This document shows positions 42,192 to 43,185 of a stretch of DNA of 43,185 bases, piece after piece. Both the position numbers and the translations under genes were made by a program. The stretch is from Candidatus Dojkabacteria bacterium. GTDB taxonomy: Bacteria; Patescibacteriota; Dojkabacteria; J137. The DNA lies in assembly GCA_047445235.1 (NCBI GenBank), contig JBLGEO010000085.1, forward strand, positions 1 through 43,185, written 5' to 3'. The number at the start of each line of letters is the position of its first letter. Position 1 is the first letter of the stretch. The notes under the pieces were generated by a model. That model saw nothing but the letters and a program-made list of their open reading frames with translations, was not told the DNA's origin and ran no database searches.

Positions 42192-42273
42192 GCTGATGTG
42201 GTGAAATTGGTATACACGCTACCTTGAGGTGGTAGTGCCTTCGGGTGTGCAGGTTCGAGTCCTGTCATCAGCA
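42192..42273 (+). tRNA. tRNA-Leu (anticodon GAG), class II with long variable arm
   Basis: GCTGATG-TG-GTG-AAATTGGTATA-CAC-G-CTACC-TTGAGGT-GGTAG-TGCCTTCGGGTGT-GCAGG-TTCGAGT-CCTGT-CATCAGC-A. No encoded CCA. Confidence 0.92.
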
Positions 42274-42302
42274 TTAAAACTAAATAATAAACTTTCTAAT
42301 AT

Positions 42303-42665
42303 TTACTTTCTCAAAATCTTTTCCATTGGTCTTCCTTTGTACAACTCATCTACGAGCTTATCCATATATCTAACAGACTGAACTATTTGATCTTCAATTT
42401 CTTCTACTCTTATACCGCAAATTACACCTTTTATTAAGCCCCTATTAGGATTTAATTTCGGAGCTTCATTAAAGAAAGTTTCAAAAGTATTTTCTTTTTC
42501 AATTTGAGTTTCAAGTTCCTTTTGAGAATATCCTGTTAGCCAGCGAATAACTTCATCAAGTTCATTTTTTGTACGTCCTTTCCTTTCAACTTTTGTTAAA
42601 TAAAGAGGGTAGACCCTTCCAAAGGTCATAGTGTATATTTTTTGTCTTGTTTTATCGTTATCCAT
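42303..42665 (-). CDS. DUF2200 family protein
   Basis: 120 aa. [37 protein letters not shown] and [13 protein letters not shown] match my memory of DUF2200 proteins. Confidence 0.85.
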   Translation of the reverse strand: MDNDKTRQKIYTMTFGRVYPLYLTKVERKGRTKNELDEVIRWLTGYSQKELETQIEKENTFETFFNEAPKLNPNRGLIKGVICGIRVEEIEDQIVQSVRYMDKLVDELYKGRPMEKILRK

Positions 42666-42682
42666 GGTATTAACTTCAAAAT

Positions 42683-43042
42683 TTAACCTTCACTAACTTT
42701 GAAATCTTTTAATTCATTTTCGTATGTTGCAATAACTTGTAGTGCATCAAAATCATTAGAACAAGACTCATTGTATTTGGACACAGCACCCACTAGGTTC
42801 TGAAAGTATGTTTCAGAATTCTCATCCATTACATATGTATCATTTCCAATCTGAATCTCAAAACCTTTTGCAGTAATTCTACATAAAACTAAAATACCAG
42901 CTACTGTATATCTAAGTTCTTTAGGGAGAGTATCTAAAGTACTTTCTTGAGGCATACCGTCAACAACACTAGAAAACTCTGCACCTTCTTCAGTTACATT
43001 CATTTGTTCAATTGCTAGACTTACCCAACTTCTTGAAGACAT
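42683..43042 (-). CDS. hypothetical protein (119 aa, acidic)
   Basis: Clean ORF 17 nt upstream of the DUF2200 gene on the same strand. No family recognised. Confidence 0.6.
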   Translation of the reverse strand: MSSRSWVSLAIEQMNVTEEGAEFSSVVDGMPQESTLDTLPKELRYTVAGILVLCRITAKGFEIQIGNDTYVMDENSETYFQNLVGAVSKYNESCSNDFDALQVIATYENELKDFKVSEG

Positions 43043-43108
43043 ATTTTATGTTGTAAAAAATATTTATTATTTCCTAAAATGCACTAATAAAATTATTCTT
43101 TTGTTTAG

Positions 43109-43185
43109 CTATAAAAGTGATCCAGTCTGAACTTCTCCTGCGCGTTCATAATTGGCGAAAATTACCCCTTTTGGTGAAACCTTAC
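43109..43185 (-). CDS. 3' end of an unidentified gene running off the window
   Basis: The minus-strand frame is open from the window edge (...KVSPKGVIFANYERAGEVQTGSLL) to a TAG stop at 43109..43111. Too short to identify. Confidence 0.3.
   Translation of the reverse strand, partial: KVSPKGVIFANYERAGEVQTGSLL

Noticed and set aside
1-43185. Alternative genetic code (UGA recoded as Gly or Trp, as in some candidate phyla and Mollicutes)
   Set aside because: TGA terminates ORFs exactly at ATGA gene junctions (24029, 24466, 27378, 27806, 33239). Conserved enzymes (pgi, gap, pgk, zwf, gnd and others) are full length under the standard code, with no in-frame TGA needed.
1-43185. CRISPR arrays, rRNA genes, transposases, integrases or prophage remnants
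   Set aside because: I noticed no regularly spaced direct repeats, no rRNA-like conserved stretches and no ORF with transposase, integrase or phage hallmark motifs. The only repeats seen are the diverged gene duplications and short codon repeats listed above.

Overview
The window is AT-rich (about one-third G+C by eye, not computed) and densely coded on both strands. It uses the standard genetic code, with TGA as a stop at several ATGA gene junctions. I saw almost no Shine-Dalgarno motifs.

The gene content suggests a small-genome fermentative bacterium, possibly CPR/Patescibacteria-like; this is inference only.
- Left half (1-18.4 kb): a scattered Embden-Meyerhof cluster (pgi, gap, pgk, pfk, gpmI, class I fbaB, archaeal-type tpiA, ldh). 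Mixed in are an orphan dihydrolipoyl dehydrogenase, a single-domain response regulator, a degenerate histidine-kinase-like protein, a cupredoxin, a membrane-anchored beta-lactamase-fold hydrolase and several unknown ORFs.
- Middle (18.5-23.5 kb): two tandem paralogous membrane-anchored unknowns, a GIY-YIG protein, obg, a PspC-domain protein and an MsbA-like ABC exporter.
- Right part (30.3-43.2 kb): an NADPH module (FMN reductase, zwf, short gnd, DUF2461, aldo/keto reductase), an MBOAT plus SGNH O-acylation pair, a PGRP-type amidase coupled to two tandem alpha/beta hydrolases, tRNA-Asp(GTC), tRNA-Leu(GAG) and DUF2200.

The most striking feature lies at 23.58-30.28 kb. It is a diverged tandem duplication of a translationally coupled three-gene module: a small N-terminally anchored protein, a second small anchored protein, and a roughly 800-aa protein. 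The large protein has a juxtamembrane 9-cysteine Gly/Pro-rich knot, an FN3-like domain and a conserved C-terminal module. Each copy sits behind a near-identical TTGCAA-N16-TGnTATACT promoter. I recognise no known family in any of the six proteins and propose a candidate undescribed cell-surface or attachment system.

I found no rRNA, CRISPR array or obvious mobile element.
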